DNA of 64,000 bases from the NCBI GenBank assembly GCA_012800735.1, contig JAAZIU010000028.1:3245-67244 (forward strand). Direction: 5' to 3'. The notes beneath the pieces were generated by a model. That model saw only the letters and a program-made list of their open reading frames with translations. It was not told the DNA's origin and made no database searches. Positions within the stretch are counted from its first letter, which is position 1. Every line of letters begins with the position of its first letter. The stretch comes from Clostridiales bacterium (GTDB lineage: Bacteria > Bacillota > Clostridia > Oscillospirales > CAG-272). Both the position numbers and the translations under genes were made by a program. Shown piece after piece: positions 63,122-64,000 of this stretch.

Positions 63122-64000
63122 GATTCTGCCTCCGTGATCGCGTTTTCTGTTTTTTGTCTGCCTGTTTCGTCCGGCAGCATTTTCTTTCCCGAAGCGACTG
63201 CCGGAAGGATATACGCCGCGGTCGTCACCGCCGTGGCCGCGAGGGAAAAGATTATCGCCCCCGCCGACAGCTTCACCGACACCGGGAACGCCGCCCGCAT
63301 CAAAAGATACACGACAAGCGCCGCCAGCATAAGCGCCGCGATGTTCATAGCCCCGCGCAGCGCGTATTCCGCCGAAATGAGCCTTATAAGCCCGCCGTCG
63401 TCAAGTCCGCAGTTGTGTATCGTCGTCCATTTTTTCTTTTTCGAGGATATATCTTCCGCGACGAAAGCCGCGAGCGACAGGGCGGCGGAGAGCAGCATCG
63501 GCGCCGCCGAAATCAGGGCAAGGGCGTTCAGGCTGCGCATAAGTTCGGCCTCAGCCGCAGCTTCCGTTTTGTTGTTTACAAGGTTGAAGCGGTCTTCCGG
63601 AAAGAGGGCGGATATCTCCCCGAAAAGCCCGTCGATGTCGGCGCCGGAGGCGGCGTAAATCTCTATCCGGTTCGGAACCGCTTCAAAGCCGCTCAATTCT
63701 TCATAATCGGCTTTTTTGGCGTATATGTCGAAAAATCCGGTGTGGCCGCTTTCAAAGTAGCCGCTGACGGTGAGCTTTGTCGTTTCGCCTTCGGCCCTCC
63801 GGGCGGATTCAATTACCGAGCCGATCGGCAGATGGCGTTTCAGGCGGGAATTTACGAGAATATGCATCGGTTTTGAGAAAAGTTCCGTGTCATACTCGGC
63901 GGCTTTCCGGCCGTCGGCGCTGTTCTCATCGAAAAGATACAAGGTGATGTGATACCAGCCGCCGCGGTCGCCGATGGAGGTATATCCGGGCAGGTTGTCG
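63118..64000 (-). CDS. FtsX-like ABC permease; N-terminus lies beyond the window edge
   Basis: C-terminal TM helices follow an extracytoplasmic region. The frame stays open upstream of the ORF-track TTG start to nt 64000 (..DNLPGYTSIGDRGGWYHIT-LYLFDE..). Its stop overlaps the ATPase start. Confidence 0.6.
   Translation of the reverse strand, partial: DNLPGYTSIGDRGGWYHITLYLFDENSADGRKAAEYDTELFSKPMHILVNSRLKRHLPIGSVIESARRAEGETTKLTVSGYFESGHTGFFDIYAKKADYEELSGFEAVPNRIEIYAASGADIDGLFGEISALFPEDRFNLVNNKTEAAAEAELMRSLNALALISAAPMLLSAALSLAAFVAEDISSKKKKWTTIHNCGLDDGGLIRLISAEYALRGAMNIAALMLAALVVYLLMRAAFPVSVKLSAGAIIFSLAATAVTTAAYILPAVASGKKMLPDETGRQKTENAITEAES

Noticed and set aside
1-64000. tRNA, rRNA, tmRNA, transposase, integrase and prophage genes
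   Set aside because: I looked through all intergenic regions and ORF translations. I found no cloverleaf-like sequence with a GGTTCGAATCC-type T-arm and no DDE, serine-recombinase or tyrosine-recombinase motifs.

Overview
This looks like a 64-kb chromosomal segment of a high-GC, Gram-positive, Clostridia-like genome (taxonomy is inferred only). The backbone is housekeeping: S11 D-Ala-D-Ala carboxypeptidase, murD, RNase P RNA, an Rrf2 regulator, fba, ddl, rimO, cysE-cysS, tcdA, DUF1385-prmC, rpsO-pnp, dut, maf and nth. Four things stand out. (1) Ten paralogous ~490-aa lipoproteins resemble ABC solute-binding proteins. They occur as singles and as two tandem triplets, fill about a quarter of the window, and have no importer permease or ATPase genes nearby. 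(2) A modular hairpin-train intergenic repeat family (REP/MITE-like) occurs at 11 or more sites. Its core stem covaries, and its first palindrome often contains the stop codon of the upstream gene. (3) Gene termini are tandemly duplicated at several loci (spermidine-synthase-like 5' end; FGGY kinase, pduL, dut and one lipoprotein 3' ends). The differences between copies are almost all synonymous, and the junctions carry the repeat elements. This is either a real recombination process or a strain-mixture assembly artefact. (4) Several small AT-richer islets are present: an XRE-HTH plus nucleotidyltransferase (AbiEii/DUF6036-like) cassette between duplicated terminator/repeat units, a divergent UDG-fold protein, an alpha/beta hydrolase with a wHTH remnant, and an MGT glycosyltransferase. 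Also present are two coupled DNA methyltransferase genes at the left edge, an uncharacterised sugar operon (TIM-like, YjbQ, isomerase, FGGY kinase), three M42 peptidases, and a short glycyl-radical enzyme with PduL but no activase. No tRNA, rRNA, CRISPR array, transposase or integrase was seen. Ends of RNA and repeat features are approximate. All functions are inferred from motifs read by eye, with no database search.
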